A stretch of DNA of 64,000 nt from Acidimicrobiia bacterium (GTDB lineage: Bacteria > Actinomycetota > Acidimicrobiia > IMCC26256 > JAENVU01): positions 58,801 through 122,800 of the forward strand of contig JBBSAM010000003.1 in the NCBI GenBank assembly GCA_038252255.1, given 5' to 3'. The notes beneath the pieces were generated by a model. It was not told the DNA's origin, ran no database searches, and saw only the letters and a program-made list of their open reading frames with translations. The position numbers and the translations under genes were made by a program. Shown here one piece after another: positions 62,732 through 64,000 of this stretch. Position 1 is the stretch's first letter. The number at the start of each line of letters is the position of its first letter.

Positions 62732-63474
62732 GGCGCCACGCCGGTGAGACGCGGGCCCGCCGCGGAGGAGTCCGGGGTCCATACCCGCCCGTCACGAATC
62801 TGGATGGACCGCTGCGCGCGCCGCGCGATGTCGGGCTCGTGCGTGATCAGCACGATCGTGCGCCCCTCCTGGTTGAGCGCTGCGAGCAGGTCGAGCACCT
62901 CGCCGGTCGATGTGGAGTCGAGGTTGCCCGTGGGCTCGTCGGCCAGGATGAGCGCCGGCTCGGTGACGAGCGCCCGCGCGATGGCGACCCGTTGCTGCTG
63001 GCCACCGGACAGCTCACCCGGCTTGTGGTCCGCGCGGTCGCCCAGGCCGACCTTGTCGAGCGCGGCCAGCGCGCGCTCCCGTCGTTCGGCCGGGTTGACG
63101 CCGCTGTACATCAGGGGCAGCTCGACGTTGCGCCACGCCGGGAGATAGGCGAGCAGGTTGAACTGCTGGAACACGAAGCCGATGAACAGGTTTCGCACGT
63201 CAGCGAGCTGGTCCTCGTCGAACGACTGCGCGTCGTGGCCGGCCAGGCGGAAGATCCCCGAGGTCGGGACGTCGAGGCAGCCGAGGATGTGCATCAACGT
63301 CGACTTCCCCGACCCGGACGGCCCGGTGATCGCGACGAAGTCGTTCTCCTCGATGCGCACCGAGATGTCGCGCAGCGCGGCGACCTCGAACGCGCCGGTC
63401 CGGTAGATCTTGCTGACGTCGAGCAGCTCGATGATCGCCGGGAGACCGGGGTCGCGCGGGGCGGAGGCGGTCAT
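62728..63474 (-). CDS. ABC transporter ATP-binding protein (MacB/LolD-type)
   Basis: [24 protein letters not shown] and [11 protein letters not shown] are present. Confidence 0.92.
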   Translation of the reverse strand: MTASAPRDPGLPAIIELLDVSKIYRTGAFEVAALRDISVRIEENDFVAITGPSGSGKSTLMHILGCLDVPTSGIFRLAGHDAQSFDEDQLADVRNLFIGFVFQQFNLLAYLPAWRNVELPLMYSGVNPAERRERALAALDKVGLGDRADHKPGELSGGQQQRVAIARALVTEPALILADEPTGNLDSTSTGEVLDLLAALNQEGRTIVLITHEPDIARRAQRSIQIRDGRVWTPDSSAAGPRLTGVAP

Positions 63475-63479
63475 CGCGC

Positions 63480-64000
63480 TCAGCCGCCCGATCCGGGCCC
63501 GAACGTGACGCCGCCGGGGAACCCGCCGCCCTGAATCCCCCCGGCCGGTGGTGAGAACCCGCCCGCGCCGGAGGGCCGGGTGATCGTGACGATGACCTTC
63601 TCCCCCGCCTTCAGGCCGCTCGTGATCTCGGTGCTGCCGTTCGCGACGAGCCCGGTCGTGACGGCCCGGGTCTCGGTCGGTCCGGTCGTGGTGCCGTCGG
63701 TGGCCACCGTGACGGTCGATACCCCGTTCGTCGTGGTGATCGCGAGCGACGAGACCTGGACGACGTTGGCGCGCACGTCGGTCGCGATCGCGCCCGTGAC
63801 GGTCGAGCCGACGTAGAACTCGTTGCCGGTCGAGTCGAAGCTGATCGTCACCGGGTAGGTCGCCACGCCGGAGCTCGCGTCGGCGATCTTGCCGACGTCG
63901 GTCACGGTCCCGGTCGCGCTGGCGGTGCTCGTCGCAGCACCCGACTGGTTCGACGGTGCGCCGTTGGCACCGGAGCTGTTGGCCGCGCCGGAACCCTGGC
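63480..64000 (-). CDS. Second efflux adaptor (HlyD-like), C-terminal part; gene continues beyond the window
   Basis: The frame is open to the right edge. C-terminal beta-barrel-like sequence (GTVTDVGKIADASSGVATYPVTISF...LKAGEKVIV) is followed by a Gly-rich tail. Confidence 0.6.
   Translation of the reverse strand, partial: QGSGAANSSGANGAPSNQSGAATSTASATGTVTDVGKIADASSGVATYPVTISFDSTGNEFYVGSTVTGAIATDVRANVVQVSSLAITTTNGVSTVTVATDGTTTGPTETRAVTTGLVANGSTEITSGLKAGEKVIVTITRPSGAGGFSPPAGGIQGGGFPGGVTFGPGSGG

Noticed and set aside
1-64000. Mobile elements, prophage, integrases, tRNA/rRNA genes
   Set aside because: Reading all six frames found no transposase-, integrase- or phage-like ORF and no tRNA-like or rRNA-like low-GC structured segment. 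The only candidate foreign DNA is the small insert at 19.3-20.1 kb.

Overview
High-GC actinobacterial-type chromosomal segment (WhiB, a SARP regulator and F420/deazaflavin enzymes are present). It is densely packed with about 60 protein-coding genes. I found no rRNA, tRNA, transposase, integrase, prophage or CRISPR array. Many adjacent genes overlap by 4 bp (ATGA or GTGA).

Recognisable content, in order:
- Epimerase fragment and an LLM-class F420 oxidoreductase.
- Two large secreted multidomain proteins.
- A translationally coupled recC-recB-recD operon.
- A run of small housekeeping or accessory genes: SHOCT, NTF2-like, GNAT, deazaflavin nitroreductase, YqeY, HAD.
- A SAM-methyltransferase gene that appears disrupted by a lower-GC insert encoding a secreted protein.
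- A DUF4097 / minimal adenylate cyclase / propeller-like operon.
- SRPBCC, DUF2461, pirin, M28 peptidase, ABC-F and esterase genes.
- An AKR / Rieske oxygenase / acyl-CoA synthetase / AKR cluster.
- A large membrane fusion protein, lhgO, an LDH, FKBP, WhiB, a CoA-transferase and DJ-1.
- A 1163-aa SARP regulator divergent from two unknown genes.
- An ada-alkA/ogt pair and a Zur-type metal ABC uptake locus.
- A MarR-linked operon with two CxxC proteins.
- A MacAB-like efflux cluster with two adaptor genes and a DUF5666 protein.

The most unusual signals:
1. A dispersed, often tandem (60 or 63 bp) hairpin-forming repeat family at six loci. Its 10-bp stems differ between copies by compensatory changes.
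2. A perfect 11-bp tandem direct repeat at SARP-operator geometry, upstream of two uncharacterised genes.
3. A four-gene, 4-bp-coupled MarR operon containing a (U/C)GSC-motif protein.
4. The split methyltransferase with its inserted secreted-protein gene.

All functional calls come from reading the translated ORFs and motifs by eye. No database search was run.
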